Numbered from the stretch's first letter, positions 18,810-29,131 are shown. The stretch: 64,000 bases of DNA from Candidatus Staskawiczbacteria bacterium (GCA_903831095.1 CAIKWD010000026.1:136477-200476), one strand, 5' to 3'. The notes: generated by a model not told the origin, from the sequence alone. Numbers and translations are program-made.

Positions 18810-19139
18810 TTATTTTGGTTCTTTCCAGATGTGCAGATACCAATATATTGGCATAGCGATCATGTTGCCTAAAAATAATACGACTGCCCATAGGGTTTTC
18901 TTATCTTGAGCGATATGTCCGCTTTTAAATACATCTCTTATATAAATAATCATAAGAATAACTATCAATAACATAGTTAAAAGATGCAGCGGAAATATCA
19001 GAAGAAGTGCTGGTGGTATTTGATTTGATGAACTGTCAACCGTAAATATCATTGATATGGCAAGGGCAAAAAACAAAAACATATATATTATAGGCCATAT
19101 AGTAAATAGTCCGAGTAATATTTTTTTAGCTTTTGACAT
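18810..19139 (-). CDS. Small membrane protein (PLD N-terminal-domain-like)
   Basis: 109 aa with three TM segments. The C-terminal WAVVLFLGNMIAMPIYWYL pattern supports the call. Confidence 0.5.
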   Translation of the reverse strand: MSKAKKILLGLFTIWPIIYMFLFFALAISMIFTVDSSSNQIPPALLLIFPLHLLTMLLIVILMIIYIRDVFKSGHIAQDKKTLWAVVLFLGNMIAMPIYWYLHIWKEPK

Positions 19140-19177
19140 GTTTTTTATTGGTTAATTATATTATATTCTAAATTATC

Positions 19178-19909
19178 TTAAATAAGGCGGGTGATGATGA
19201 ATATGAATAGGGTACCAAGGACCGTAAGGCCCATAAGTTTGTAGGAGCTTTGCTTTGAGTGGGCTTCTGGTAAAATATCAGAGGCTCCAATGTAGAGAAG
19301 GAAACCGGCAAAGAAACCCAAGTATAAAGTTAAGAAATAAGCTGGGACTGTAAAAAATAGGGTAGACAAGGCTCCCAAAATTGGAGTTATGGCAACTAGA
19401 AGTAGTAATAATTTTGATTTTTTATCGCTGTTTTTATTACTTAACATTAAGCTGACTGTGTTCATGCCGTCTGTAAAGTCGTGCGAAATAACAGCTACTG
19501 CAACCAATAACCCAACAGCAGGGGAGACTTGAAACCCAAGCCCTATACCAAGACCATCCATAAAGCTATGCCCAGCCAACGCCAAAGCTGAAGCAAGTCC
19601 AATGTCGGGGTGTTTGTGGTGCAAAAAACATTCTTCGTCGTGGCAGTGCTGTATTAAGATGCTTTTTTCCAATATATGGAATATTAAGAACCCTAAAACC
19701 AAGGCAATCATTATGCTTATAGGATTAAAATCATAGGTTTTGACCTGTTGTATAATTTCTGGAAAAATATCAAAAGCTACAACTCCAAGCAATACGCCTG
19801 CGGCAAAAGCCATTATATAATGAAGCTTGTCTTTATATTTAATTGCAAAAAGCCCGCCCAGTAGGGTAGAGATAAATGTTGCTATTGAAAGTAATATTAC
19901 TGCTATCAT
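19178..19909 (-). CDS. ZIP family metal cation transporter
   Basis: 243 aa, polytopic, with HSFMDGLGIG and HDFTDGMN motifs. Confidence 0.8.
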   Translation of the reverse strand: MIAVILLSIATFISTLLGGLFAIKYKDKLHYIMAFAAGVLLGVVAFDIFPEIIQQVKTYDFNPISIMIALVLGFLIFHILEKSILIQHCHDEECFLHHKHPDIGLASALALAGHSFMDGLGIGLGFQVSPAVGLLVAVAVISHDFTDGMNTVSLMLSNKNSDKKSKLLLLLVAITPILGALSTLFFTVPAYFLTLYLGFFAGFLLYIGASDILPEAHSKQSSYKLMGLTVLGTLFIFIITRLI

Positions 19910-19920
19910 ATTTGTTTATT

Positions 19921-20454
19921 TTACTCCTCAACTGATAGGGAATCAAGGATACCTTTAATCATTTTAATTTCTTTTGCAGTTATATCTTTAGGAACTTGTA
20001 TGACTGATTTGAGATTTTCTCTTAAGGATAACTCAATCTTATGCACAGGGGTGTTAGTATGGTCAGATAATCCTATCTGAGGCTTGTCTGGCTCTTTATC
20101 TGTTTTATCTTTTTTTACTATGTTATGACTGGCAAGCTTATATGATTTTGTATCCCAACCTTGTATTTTGCTTGGGTTTGTCCCGTATCTTTGGTAGTCT
20201 TTTATAATTTTAAGTAATCTGGCTTTATATGTATTGAGTGATCCTATGCTTTTGTCTTTATTTTTGGCTACAACATTTATAAATATCTCCTCTATATTGT
20301 CTTCAATTAAATCTACCGAGTTAAGTTCATCTACATTGAGAACCTTTTCAAATATTTTTAAAGCAGACTTAAGTCCATTGGCTGTATTTTCGGCATATTT
20401 TCTGTTGCCCTTGGCAAAGTCTATAAAATTGTATAAGTCTGTTAATTTGTTCAT
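19921..20454 (-). CDS. Hypothetical protein
   Basis: 177-aa ORF. The N-terminal part weakly recalls integrase core-binding (SAM-like) domains, but there is no catalytic domain. Confidence 0.5.
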   Translation of the reverse strand: MNKLTDLYNFIDFAKGNRKYAENTANGLKSALKIFEKVLNVDELNSVDLIEDNIEEIFINVVAKNKDKSIGSLNTYKARLLKIIKDYQRYGTNPSKIQGWDTKSYKLASHNIVKKDKTDKEPDKPQIGLSDHTNTPVHKIELSLRENLKSVIQVPKDITAKEIKMIKGILDSLSVEE

Positions 20455-20592
20455 ATATTTTTTATCTTAATATTTATAATCTTATTATATTTCAATCTTT
20501 TATCTAAATCAAGATAAAAGACAAGATAAGTAGTCAGACATAAAAAGATAGATAAAAATTACAGCAAAAAACCGCCCTAGACAAAGCGGTTT

Positions 20593-21963
20593 TTAGATTA
20601 CTTCTTTTAATATCTTATCTGCGCTGTAAGCACTGATAATTTTATCCCCTTTTTTAATTATCCCTGAGTTTATAAGCTTCTTTTTAGCAGATTCGATTAA
20701 ATCCTTACCCTTTACAACTATAGGTGTAACTCCCCAGACTAATGATAGAGATCTAGCGATTTTTGGATCTTTTGTAGCTGCTATTATCATGGCCCTTGGC
20801 CTGAAATGAGAAATGGTTTTAGCTAGTATGTCATCTTCTGCTCCTATAATAATGGCTTTTGCCCCGGACTTTTCAACAATATGTGCAGTTGAATTGGCAA
20901 TGCACAATTCTGGAGCCATATTAGAAAGTTTTAGTTTTTCATGTATGGTTTCCTGGTGGTCGTCTGTGGCTTCAAGGATTTTTCTCATCATGTCTACTGT
21001 TTCTGTAGGATATTTACCAGAGGCTGTTTCTCCAGAAAGCATAACTGTATCTGTTGAGTCAAATACAGCATTAGCAACATCTGAAACTTCAGCTCTTGTT
21101 GGAATTGGGTTTCTTATCATTGAGTCTAACATCTGAGTGGCCACTATAACTGGCTTTACTTTTTTTCTGACGGATTCTATTATTTCCTTTTGTCTTATTG
21201 GGAGCTCCCAAAGTGGGGTTTCAATTCCAAGGTCGCCTCTAGCAATCATAATCATATCTGCCTCATCTATAATTTCGTTTATATTCAAAATTGCTTCTGG
21301 CCTTTCTATTTTAGCAATTATTTTTATTTTTGATTTGCCTAAAAACTTTTTTGTTTCTAGTAAGTCCTTTGCATTTTTTAAAAAGGAAATGGCAATATAA
21401 TCAGCGCCAGCTTTTACAGAGAACTCTATATCAGCCTTGTCTTTTGCGCTTAATATTGAAGAGCTTATTTCAAGCGAAGGAGCATTAACTCCTTTTTTAG
21501 AAAGTAAAATTCCACCCTTTAAAACTATAGCCTTGAAAATGCCAGCTCTTCTGCTGGTTATTCTTACTTGTATAGTGCCATCATCGAAAAAAACTGTGTG
21601 GCCCTCTCTAGTGCCGTCTCGGAAAAGTAAAGAAGGCAAGGGAATTCTATTCTCATAAAATTCTCTGGTGCCGGTGTCTATGGTAATTTCTTGTCCGTCT
21701 TTGAGTTCTATTCCATTTTCTGGTAGGTTTCCAATTCTTATTTTAGGTCCTTGAATATCAGCTATAACAGCTATGTGTCGGTCTAATTTCTTTTCAATTT
21801 TTCTTATTGTTTCTATAATCCTTCCATGTTCTTGGTGGCTTCCATGTGAAAAATTTAATCGTGCGCCATCAACTCCAAGAAAAATTAATTTTTCTAGTAT
21901 TTTTTCTTGTTCGGACGAGGGTCCGATAGTAGCGATGATTTTTGTTTTTTTCTTGGTGATCAT
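20593..21963 (-). CDS. pyk: Pyruvate kinase
   Basis: KTKIIATIGPSS, ARGDLGIE and MLSGETA motifs. 456 aa. Confidence 0.9.
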   Translation of the reverse strand: MITKKKTKIIATIGPSSEQEKILEKLIFLGVDGARLNFSHGSHQEHGRIIETIRKIEKKLDRHIAVIADIQGPKIRIGNLPENGIELKDGQEITIDTGTREFYENRIPLPSLLFRDGTREGHTVFFDDGTIQVRITSRRAGIFKAIVLKGGILLSKKGVNAPSLEISSSILSAKDKADIEFSVKAGADYIAISFLKNAKDLLETKKFLGKSKIKIIAKIERPEAILNINEIIDEADMIMIARGDLGIETPLWELPIRQKEIIESVRKKVKPVIVATQMLDSMIRNPIPTRAEVSDVANAVFDSTDTVMLSGETASGKYPTETVDMMRKILEATDDHQETIHEKLKLSNMAPELCIANSTAHIVEKSGAKAIIIGAEDDILAKTISHFRPRAMIIAATKDPKIARSLSLVWGVTPIVVKGKDLIESAKKKLINSGIIKKGDKIISAYSADKILKEVI

Positions 21964-22007
21964 AAAAAGAAAACATGACCTAAAAGAAAGATCATGCTAA
22001 CACTTAT

Positions 22008-22081
22008 TGGAGCAGGTAAGGGGAGTCGAACCCCTCTCATTAGCTTGGAAAGCTAAGGTAATACCGATATACGATACCTGC
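22008..22081 (-). tRNA. tRNA-Gly(UCC), CCA encoded
   Basis: Cloverleaf folded by hand. Acceptor GCAGGTA/TACCTGC, anticodon loop TTTCCAA, T-loop TTCGACT. Confidence 0.85.
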
Positions 22082-22082
22082 G

Positions 22083-22157
22083 TGGTGCCCTCGGTTGGAA
22101 TCGGACCAACATCTAAATCTTAGAAGGATCTTGTTCTATCCATTGAACTACGAGGGC
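22083..22157 (-). tRNA. tRNA-Arg(UCU), CCA encoded
   Basis: Acceptor GCCCTCG/CGAGGGC, anticodon loop CTTCTAA. Lies 1 nt from tRNA-Gly. Confidence 0.85.
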
Positions 22158-22294
22158 CGATTAACTAGTATGTTATCATAAAACTTTTCCTTTGACAATA
22201 ACACTCTTTTGCTATATAATCCAAGATAGTTTTATTTTATATTATAATTTGTTTGAACCTTGATTATCGCTCCCAAAAATATTATAATATAATT

Positions 22295-22669
22295 ATGAAG
22301 CTGTGCAAATATTGCAGCAAAAATTATCCTGAATCTGACTTTGGTGTGGCTAGAACAATAGGGGAAAAAGTTTATCGGCGCCTAAAATGCAGAAATTGTT
22401 TTAATGATGCTAAAAAGCTGTTAAGGGGTAAATATCAAAAATTACTATCTGATTATAAAGAAGAATGTGGTTGTTGTAAATGCAAAACAAAAGATTTCAG
22501 GGTATTGGAATTTCATCATCCTGGAGACAAAGGATTTACCATCGGTTATGCGACTCACAATCATTTTGGGATTGAAAGGGTTAAAAAAGAGATTAGGAAG
22601 TGTATCGTAATTTGTGCAAATTGTCATAGAATATTGCATTATGGGCAGGCCTGGAAGCATAATGGCTGA
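22295..22669 (+). CDS. Zinc-ribbon HNH endonuclease
   Basis: CKYC...CRNC, CGCCKC, LEFHH...N...CANCHRILH. ATG 22295 is preferred. Sits between two tRNA pairs. Confidence 0.7.
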   Translation: MKLCKYCSKNYPESDFGVARTIGEKVYRRLKCRNCFNDAKKLLRGKYQKLLSDYKEECGCCKCKTKDFRVLEFHHPGDKGFTIGYATHNHFGIERVKKEIRKCIVICANCHRILHYGQAWKHNG

Positions 22670-22676
22670 TTTATTT

Positions 22677-22747
22677 CGGGGTGTGGTGTAATGGTAACAC
22701 GAACGCTTTGGGAGCGTTTGTTTCGAGTTCGAGTCTCGACACCCCGA
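22677..22747 (+). tRNA. tRNA-Pro(UGG)
   Basis: Acceptor CGGGGTG/CACCCCG, anticodon loop TTTGGGA, T-loop TTCGAGT. Confidence 0.85.
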
Positions 22748-22768
22748 CAAGTTTTAGGAAAAATTTAT

Positions 22769-22841
22769 GGCGGCTATGGTGTAATGGTTAGCACAGGACT
22801 CTGTGGCAGTCCCAGTACGGGTTCGAATCCCGTTAGCCGCC
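22769..22841 (+). tRNA. tRNA-His(GUG) with G-1
   Basis: Extra 5' G, acceptor GCGGCTA/TAGCCGC, anticodon loop CTGTGGC, discriminator C. Confidence 0.85.
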
Positions 22842-22929
22842 CATTTTCAGAAGATCGCTTTTAATTGAAGCGCTTTTTTGTTATACTTAAATAGTAATCG
22901 TTATTAATTAATAAATAAAAAAATAAATT

Positions 22930-23325
22930 ATGGCAAAAGGATTTTGTTCAAATATAGAAAAAGATACATTAGAGAATGACAATTTTAGAAAAGTTTTGTA
23001 CACTGGCAAGCACTGCCAATTGGTTTTAATGTCGCTTTTACCAAATGAGGAAATTGGCATGGAAGTTCATGAAGAAAATGATCAGTTTTTTAGGTTTGAG
23101 AAAGGCCAAGGAAAAGTGATAATAGATGGAAATGAATATGAAGTAAAAGATGGCTCGGCTGTAATTGTGCCTTCGGGAGCACAGCACAATGTAATTGCAG
23201 GAGAAAGTGGGTTAAAGCTTTACACAATATATTCTCCAGCTCATCACCAAGATGGAGTTGTCAGAAAAACAAAAGCAGAAGCTGAGGCAAATGGCCCAGA
23301 ATTTGACGGTAAAACTACTGAATAA
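22930..23325 (+). CDS. Cupin domain protein
   Basis: 131 aa with G..MEVHEENDQFFRFEKGQG...VIVPSGAQHNV cupin motifs 1 and 2. Confidence 0.7.
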   Translation: MAKGFCSNIEKDTLENDNFRKVLYTGKHCQLVLMSLLPNEEIGMEVHEENDQFFRFEKGQGKVIIDGNEYEVKDGSAVIVPSGAQHNVIAGESGLKLYTIYSPAHHQDGVVRKTKAEAEANGPEFDGKTTE

Positions 23326-23393
23326 AAAACGAAAAAAGCGGGGATAATTTCCCGCTTTTGTTTTGTGAGAAAAGTTGGTACAATGAACAATCT

Positions 23394-24584
23394 ATGAAAT
23401 CTTATATCTGGAAAAATATTTTTGTTGTTTTAGTGTTGGCTGCAATTTTAACTGCAGGTGTTTCTTTTGCCTTGAGGAATAAGAATTATCTTGCGACAGC
23501 ATCTGTTTCAAGTGGGTTAAGTTCCATAAGTAATATTCCTGACAATGTAATTGTTCCACCACAAAAATTGAGCAATCCTCCGCAAATTGTAAAAGCAGTT
23601 TATGTAACAGCGTATTCTGCTGGAAGTAAAAAATATTTAAATTATTTGGAGAGCATTTTTCAAAATACTGAAATAAATGCAGTAGTAGTTGATATAAAGG
23701 GAAGTAACGGATATGTTTCGTATGCTTCTGGAGTGGAGGATGTTGCAAAATATGGCTTGTACAATAGCGCCATTAAAAACATTGATTTATTGGTAAATTT
23801 TCTGCACAGTAAGAACATTTATGTAATTGGTAGAATTGCATGTTTTGAAGATCCTATCTATTCTAAAGCCAGGCCTGAATTGGCAATTTATAATAAAATT
23901 GAGACGGTAGATTTAACCAAACCTGTTTTATGGCAGGACAACAATGGTCTTTCGTGGTTGGATCCCGCTTCAAAAGATGTTTGGAATTATGACATTTCTT
24001 TGGCGCACGACGCTTTGAGCCACGGTTTTGATGAAATAAATTTTGATTACATAAGGTTTCCTTCCGATGGAAAAGCAGAGACAATAGGATACCCAGTTTA
24101 TGATGGTAAAACAGCAAAAGCCGAAGTTATTAAGGAATTTTTCAGCTATATGAGACAGCAATTGGCTGGTGAAAAAATATCTGCAGACTTGTTTGGTCAG
24201 ACAACAGTAAATAAAGACGACATGGGAATTGGCCAGATAATTGAAAACGCTTTTGAAAATTTTGATTATGTCTCACCAATGGTTTATCCGTCTCATTATG
24301 CAAATAATTTTATAGGCTTTCTTAATCCAGCGGACCATCCTTACGAGGTTGTAAAATACTCCATGGGTAGCGCTTTGGCAAAAGAAAAAGCATATTTGCC
24401 TCAGGTCAACTTAGCAAAATTCAGGCCTTGGTTGCAAGATTTCAACATGGGGGCTGACTATACCAGTGCAATGGTACAGGACGAAATTAGGGCAACAGAG
24501 GACTCTCTGGGAGCCGATTATGCAGGTTTTATGCTTTGGAACCCATCTAACATATATACTCAGGATGCAGTCTTAAAAAAATAA
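23394..24584 (+). CDS. Putative glycoside hydrolase (DUF4015-like), membrane-anchored
   Basis: N-terminal TM helix, then KAVYVTAYSAGS...INAVVVDIKGSNGYVSY...EINFDYIRFP. ATG 23394 is preferred. Confidence 0.6.
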   Translation: MKSYIWKNIFVVLVLAAILTAGVSFALRNKNYLATASVSSGLSSISNIPDNVIVPPQKLSNPPQIVKAVYVTAYSAGSKKYLNYLESIFQNTEINAVVVDIKGSNGYVSYASGVEDVAKYGLYNSAIKNIDLLVNFLHSKNIYVIGRIACFEDPIYSKARPELAIYNKIETVDLTKPVLWQDNNGLSWLDPASKDVWNYDISLAHDALSHGFDEINFDYIRFPSDGKAETIGYPVYDGKTAKAEVIKEFFSYMRQQLAGEKISADLFGQTTVNKDDMGIGQIIENAFENFDYVSPMVYPSHYANNFIGFLNPADHPYEVVKYSMGSALAKEKAYLPQVNLAKFRPWLQDFNMGADYTSAMVQDEIRATEDSLGADYAGFMLWNPSNIYTQDAVLKK

Positions 24585-24585
24585 A

Positions 24586-25377
24586 ATGGATAACATAATT
24601 GAAATTAAAAATCTAACAAAAAAGTTTAAGAATTTTACTGCCGTTGACGGCATAACTTTTGATGTAAAAAAAGGGGAAATATTTTCTTTTTTGGGGCCCA
24701 ATGGCGCGGGAAAAACAACAACTATAAAAATGCTCACAACTTTGGCCAGCCCAACATCCGGAAGTATTTTGATAAATGGATTTGACCCAGCTAAGCAACA
24801 AAATCAAGCCAGGGCTTCTTTTGGAATAGTTTTTCAAGATCCAAGTTTGGATGACGAACTTACTGCCTACGAAAATCTGAATATGCATGGCATGCTTTAC
24901 AAGATAAAAGTGAAAGAAAGAAGGGAAAGAATAAAACAACTGCTTAATTTTGTGGAGTTGTGGGATAGGAAAGACGACTTGGTAAAACATTTTTCTGGAG
25001 GAATGAAACGCCGGCTGGAAATTGCACGCGGATTTTTGCATCATCCAAAAATATTATTTTTAGACGAGCCTACAATTGGCCTTGACCCACAAACCCGAAA
25101 TCACATTTGGGAATATTTAAAGAAAATGAACAAGGAAGAGGGTACAACAGTTTTCCTTACAACTCATTATATGGAAGAGGCAGAAAAAGTTTCAAGCAGA
25201 ATTGCTATAATAGATCATGGAAAAATAATTGCCCAAGGAACATCTGAAGAACTTAAGAAATCTACAAAAACAAATTCCTTAGAAGAGGCATTTTTAAAAC
25301 TTACCGGAAGTGAAATTAGGGAAGAAACAGTTAAAAACCAAGTCATGACTGGTCATGCCAGAGTTTGGCGCAAATAA
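24586..25377 (+). CDS. ABC transporter ATP-binding protein
   Basis: Walker A GPNGAGKTT, signature FSGGMKRRLEIA, Walker B ILFLDEPT. Confidence 0.9.
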   Translation: MDNIIEIKNLTKKFKNFTAVDGITFDVKKGEIFSFLGPNGAGKTTTIKMLTTLASPTSGSILINGFDPAKQQNQARASFGIVFQDPSLDDELTAYENLNMHGMLYKIKVKERRERIKQLLNFVELWDRKDDLVKHFSGGMKRRLEIARGFLHHPKILFLDEPTIGLDPQTRNHIWEYLKKMNKEEGTTVFLTTHYMEEAEKVSSRIAIIDHGKIIAQGTSEELKKSTKTNSLEEAFLKLTGSEIREETVKNQVMTGHARVWRK

Positions 25378-25378
25378 T

Positions 25379-26125
25379 ATGATTGCAATTTACACTCTTT
25401 GGTTGAGAGAAGTTAAAAAATATTTCAGGTCAAAGTCTAGGATAATTGGCTCGTTGGGCCAACCACTTTTGTTTTTAGTTGCATTGGGTTTTGGATTGGG
25501 TCCTATTTTCAAAGCAGCAGGGCAGGGTGACTACATACAGTTTTTGGTGCCGGGAATTATTTCCATGAGTATTTTGTTTCTGGCAATATTCTCTGGCATT
25601 AGCGTAATTTGGGACAGGCAGTTTGGATATTTGAAAGAAACTTTAGTAGCCCCGGTTCCGCGTTGGCAAATAATGTTTGGCCGGACTTTGGGCGGAGCCA
25701 CAGTGGCTGTTTTGCAGGGAATAATTGTTTTTGCAATTTCTTTTGCATTTGGTTTTAGGATACACAGCTTTGGATTGTTTTTGGAAGCGTTTGTCTTTAT
25801 GTCTTTGGTCGCCTTGATTTTTACAGCCTTGGGAACGGCCATAGCCTCGGTGCTTGAGGATATGCATGGCTTCCAATTAATTATGAATTTTCTAGTAATG
25901 CCAATATTTTTTCTGTCGGGAGCTTTGTTTCCTTTAGCTGGTTTGCCAAAAGTTTTAAAAACAATTGTCATGTTTGACCCAATGTCTTATGGGGTAGATG
26001 GCTTGCGCGGAACTTTGGGAGGCATTTCACAATTTGGTTTGTTTACAGATTTTTGGATTTTGTCAGTTATAGTTGTGGTTTTAATTTCAGTCGGTAGTTA
26101 TGTTTTTTCCAAAATCCAAGTTTAG
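25379..26125 (+). CDS. ABC-2 type transporter permease
   Basis: Six hydrophobic segments. Starts 2 nt after the ATPase stop codon. Confidence 0.8.
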   Translation: MIAIYTLWLREVKKYFRSKSRIIGSLGQPLLFLVALGFGLGPIFKAAGQGDYIQFLVPGIISMSILFLAIFSGISVIWDRQFGYLKETLVAPVPRWQIMFGRTLGGATVAVLQGIIVFAISFAFGFRIHSFGLFLEAFVFMSLVALIFTALGTAIASVLEDMHGFQLIMNFLVMPIFFLSGALFPLAGLPKVLKTIVMFDPMSYGVDGLRGTLGGISQFGLFTDFWILSVIVVVLISVGSYVFSKIQV

Positions 26126-26247
26126 GCTTGCATATTGACTTGTGTAAGCTGCAAGAATATCATAAAAGAATAATATTTAATATTTTAGTAAAATGGCATT
26201 AAATTTTTTAGGATAAAAATTTAATACGTTTTATAAATAAATAAGAA

Positions 26248-26913
26248 ATGTCTAAGTTTATTTTATTCTCAGCTGTTTTATCGACAGCCGTTTTATGTTT
26301 GGCTGGATTTGCTTTGGCTCAAAGTTCTGCTCCAATATGCCCAGGCGGGACAGCATATAGTTCAACTTTGTTAAAATGCGCTGGAGATATTGCAACATGT
26401 ACTCCTGGAGTAATATATGATACAACAACCAATAAATGCGCCGATGGCAAGGTTCCAGTATGTCCTTCTTCTGAAATGAGATTAATAGCTGGTACTAAAA
26501 CTTGCAAAGTAAATCCAACTTGTATAGATGGAATGAAGTTTGATTCTACACAAGGAATATGTACTGGAGTGGCAACAACAGTTAAAATTGCTTGCATTGG
26601 AACAGCAGTTACTACCAGAGAAACAGTCATTAATTCTGCAATGACAACATACACAACTTCTTTAAATACAGCTTATACTGCCAGGTCAACAGCTTTAAGC
26701 CAGGCATATACTTTGACTACATTGGTAGATGTAAAAGCTGCAGTCAAAACAGCTTGGACTAATTTTTCTACATCTAAAAAGAATGCTAATACTGCATGGA
26801 AAAATGCCCGCAATAATACATGGTCTCAATATAGAACAGCAGCAACAGCTTGCAAAGCTCCATCTGGAGTTAGCGATAGCACGAAGTCTTCTTACGAATT
26901 GGGAGTTCAATAA
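26248..26913 (+). CDS. Secreted Cys-rich protein with Ala/Thr-rich C-terminus
   Basis: Signal peptide ending ...GFALAQS. Repeated C-x(n)-C modules. Confidence 0.6.
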   Translation: MSKFILFSAVLSTAVLCLAGFALAQSSAPICPGGTAYSSTLLKCAGDIATCTPGVIYDTTTNKCADGKVPVCPSSEMRLIAGTKTCKVNPTCIDGMKFDSTQGICTGVATTVKIACIGTAVTTRETVINSAMTTYTTSLNTAYTARSTALSQAYTLTTLVDVKAAVKTAWTNFSTSKKNANTAWKNARNNTWSQYRTAATACKAPSGVSDSTKSSYELGVQ

Positions 26914-26924
26914 AAAAGTAATTA

Positions 26925-26953
26925 AAAAACCGCCTTTTATAGGCGGTTTTTTT
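26925..26953. terminator. Bidirectional hairpin terminator
   Basis: AAAAAACCGCC-TTTTATA-GGCGGTTTTTTT between convergent genes. Confidence 0.7.
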
Positions 26954-26964
26954 GTTGAGTTAAA

Positions 26965-28002
26965 TTAAATTTTTTCTTCCAGTTTTACTGTTAGGTTTAT
27001 TTTTTTGCCGTTGCGCAATACAGTTACTGGAGTTTGACCGCCAATTTTGCATTTCTGCAAAATGTTTGCCAAAGGGTTTTTGGTGGTAATTTTTTCACCG
27101 TTGCATTCTAGAATAATATCCCATTCTTTCATGCCAGCTTTGTCTGCAGCAGAATCTTTCACTACTGGTGGTTCACCCAATGCCTCTCTGACCACAATTG
27201 CTCCATCGTTTACTGGGAGTTTGTTGGCTTCGGCCATTTCTTTGGAAACTAAAACATATTTTACTCCTAAAAATGGCATTAAAATTTTTCCGTATTTTTT
27301 AACTTCTTCTAAATCTTTCTTGGCATAGTTAATTGGAATGGCAAATCCAATGTTTTGGGCTCCAGCTATCATGGCAGTGTTTATGCCAATAACTTTTCCT
27401 TCCATATTTATTAAAGGTCCGCCAGAATTGCCCGGATTAATGGCTGCGTCTGTTTGTATCAAGCCCCTCAGGTTTTGCGACTGGTTTTCGATTCCTCCAA
27501 AAGCAGTAATAAAGCGAGAAAGCCCAGAAACAATTCCAGCTGATAAAGTGTCGGTAAATTCGCCCAAGGCGTTTCCAACTGCAATTACTTCTTCACCCAG
27601 CTCAACTTCGCTTGAGTCTGCCATTTCCAAAAATGGAAAGCGCTCGCCATCAATTTTTAAAACTGCAGTATCATTTATTGGGTTGCGTGACAAAACTTTT
27701 GCCGAGTATTTGTGCTTTGGATCTAAAATAACTGTGTAGTCAGCGGCTGTGTCAGACACAACATGGTTGGAAGTGAAAACATATCCGTTCTCGGAAATTA
27801 TAAACCCAGAGCCTCCGCCGATTTTTGTTTTTTCTATTTTATTTTTTTGACCTTTTTCATATTTTGGCATCATATATTCCTTGTCGCCATACGGAAAAGA
27901 ATAAAAATTCTCCGCTTTAGGCAGGTCTTTGGTGACTATGACTGTAATTACAGCTGGACACACTTTTTTTGCAATTGCTATTATTGGCGATTTGATTGGC
28001 AT
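26965..28002 (-). CDS. HtrA/DegP-family serine protease with PDZ domain
   Basis: TSNHVV (His), DTAVLKI (Asp), GNSGGPLINMEGKVIGINTA (Ser) and a C-terminal PDZ domain. Confidence 0.85.
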   Translation of the reverse strand: MPIKSPIIAIAKKVCPAVITVIVTKDLPKAENFYSFPYGDKEYMMPKYEKGQKNKIEKTKIGGGSGFIISENGYVFTSNHVVSDTAADYTVILDPKHKYSAKVLSRNPINDTAVLKIDGERFPFLEMADSSEVELGEEVIAVGNALGEFTDTLSAGIVSGLSRFITAFGGIENQSQNLRGLIQTDAAINPGNSGGPLINMEGKVIGINTAMIAGAQNIGFAIPINYAKKDLEEVKKYGKILMPFLGVKYVLVSKEMAEANKLPVNDGAIVVREALGEPPVVKDSAADKAGMKEWDIILECNGEKITTKNPLANILQKCKIGGQTPVTVLRNGKKINLTVKLEEKI

Positions 28003-28133
28003 GTTTTTGTTTGTTTATTATAATTTAACTTATTATACTCTATATTGTAAAAAGGGAAAGAATCTGTTAGTCTTAACAGCAATAATTAGTCGGTTAAAAT
28101 GTTCTTTGAAACAATAAAGAAGGAAGGTGTAAA

Positions 28134-29090
28134 ATGAAAAAAGGGGTGATTAACGTGTTGGATTTGGGCGAACTTTCGAAACAAGAAACAAAAAGGGTTT
28201 TGGAGGTTGGCGGCACTAATGTAATTAGGGCAGATGTTTATGGAACTCACATCTACAATTATGTCATGCTCGATACAAAGAGTTTTGCTAGTGCAATGCA
28301 GATTGTTGAGTTTGCAGTTAAAGATTTGCCCTTGAATAATAAAGCCATTTGCTATCTCATTGCGGGCGTAGTTTTGCCAAACGGCTTGATTGAAAAATCT
28401 CCGCAGGTACCCATGCTCAATGGTCGCAATTTTATTGAAATGACAAAAGCAATTTACGACGGAAGAATATTCATTGGTAATGACATGGATGGGGGAGCAA
28501 TGGGAGTGTCGCTTCTTCTTCCCAACCTGCGGTATTTTATTAATGTTGTCTTGGGCACAGGAACAAATGGTAGAATTGTTCATGAGGGTAAGATTATCTG
28601 TAAGGGTGAATATGGGCACATAATCTATAAAAGAGATTTGTCGGCCAGACTTTGCCATTGCGGACTTACGGGTTGTTATGAATCGGAAATTGGTGGCTGG
28701 GCATTGGAGAAAAAAATAATCGAAAGCGCGCGGATATTGAGAATAGAAATTCCTGAAGGGCTAAACCCCTGCTGTTTTCTGGACATGTGTTTTGACCGGG
28801 GAGATAAATGGGCAGTTATAATGTATCAAGAAATCGCATATGACATTGCCCATTATTTTGCCAATTTACAGTCAATTGCACACGCTCCGGTTTTTGTTCT
28901 GAAAGGAACATTTTCCGTAAGAGGCTTTCCGCTGATTGAAAAAGATGTCCGTTCTTTTATGAAAGACGGCATGATTATCAGGAAAGAATGGGTTGATGAA
29001 ATTAAATTCATTATTTCACCCGAGCCTAAACTCGATTCAATTATCGGTGTAGCCGAACTTGAAGAGCGGGCTTTTAATGAGCTTTATTAG
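28134..29090 (+). CDS. ROK family sugar kinase/regulator-like protein
   Basis: VGGTNV, GNDMDGGAMG, LGTGTNG and the ROK zinc motif HCGLTGCYES. Confidence 0.75.
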   Translation: MKKGVINVLDLGELSKQETKRVLEVGGTNVIRADVYGTHIYNYVMLDTKSFASAMQIVEFAVKDLPLNNKAICYLIAGVVLPNGLIEKSPQVPMLNGRNFIEMTKAIYDGRIFIGNDMDGGAMGVSLLLPNLRYFINVVLGTGTNGRIVHEGKIICKGEYGHIIYKRDLSARLCHCGLTGCYESEIGGWALEKKIIESARILRIEIPEGLNPCCFLDMCFDRGDKWAVIMYQEIAYDIAHYFANLQSIAHAPVFVLKGTFSVRGFPLIEKDVRSFMKDGMIIRKEWVDEIKFIISPEPKLDSIIGVAELEERAFNELY

Positions 29091-29104
29091 CTTAGTATTT
29101 TAAT

Positions 29105-29131
29105 AAAGGCAGTTTGAAACTGCCTTTTTTT
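29105..29131 (+). terminator. Terminator after the ROK gene
   Basis: AAAGGCAGT-TTGAA-ACTGCCTTT followed by TTTTT. Confidence 0.65.

Noticed and set aside
22445-22750. ORFs reading through tRNA genes (22445-22750 over tRNA-Pro; 31360-31614 over tRNA-Ser).
   Set aside because: They overlap hand-folded cloverleaf tRNAs and the 3' or 5' ends of well-supported genes, so they are artefacts of six-frame translation.
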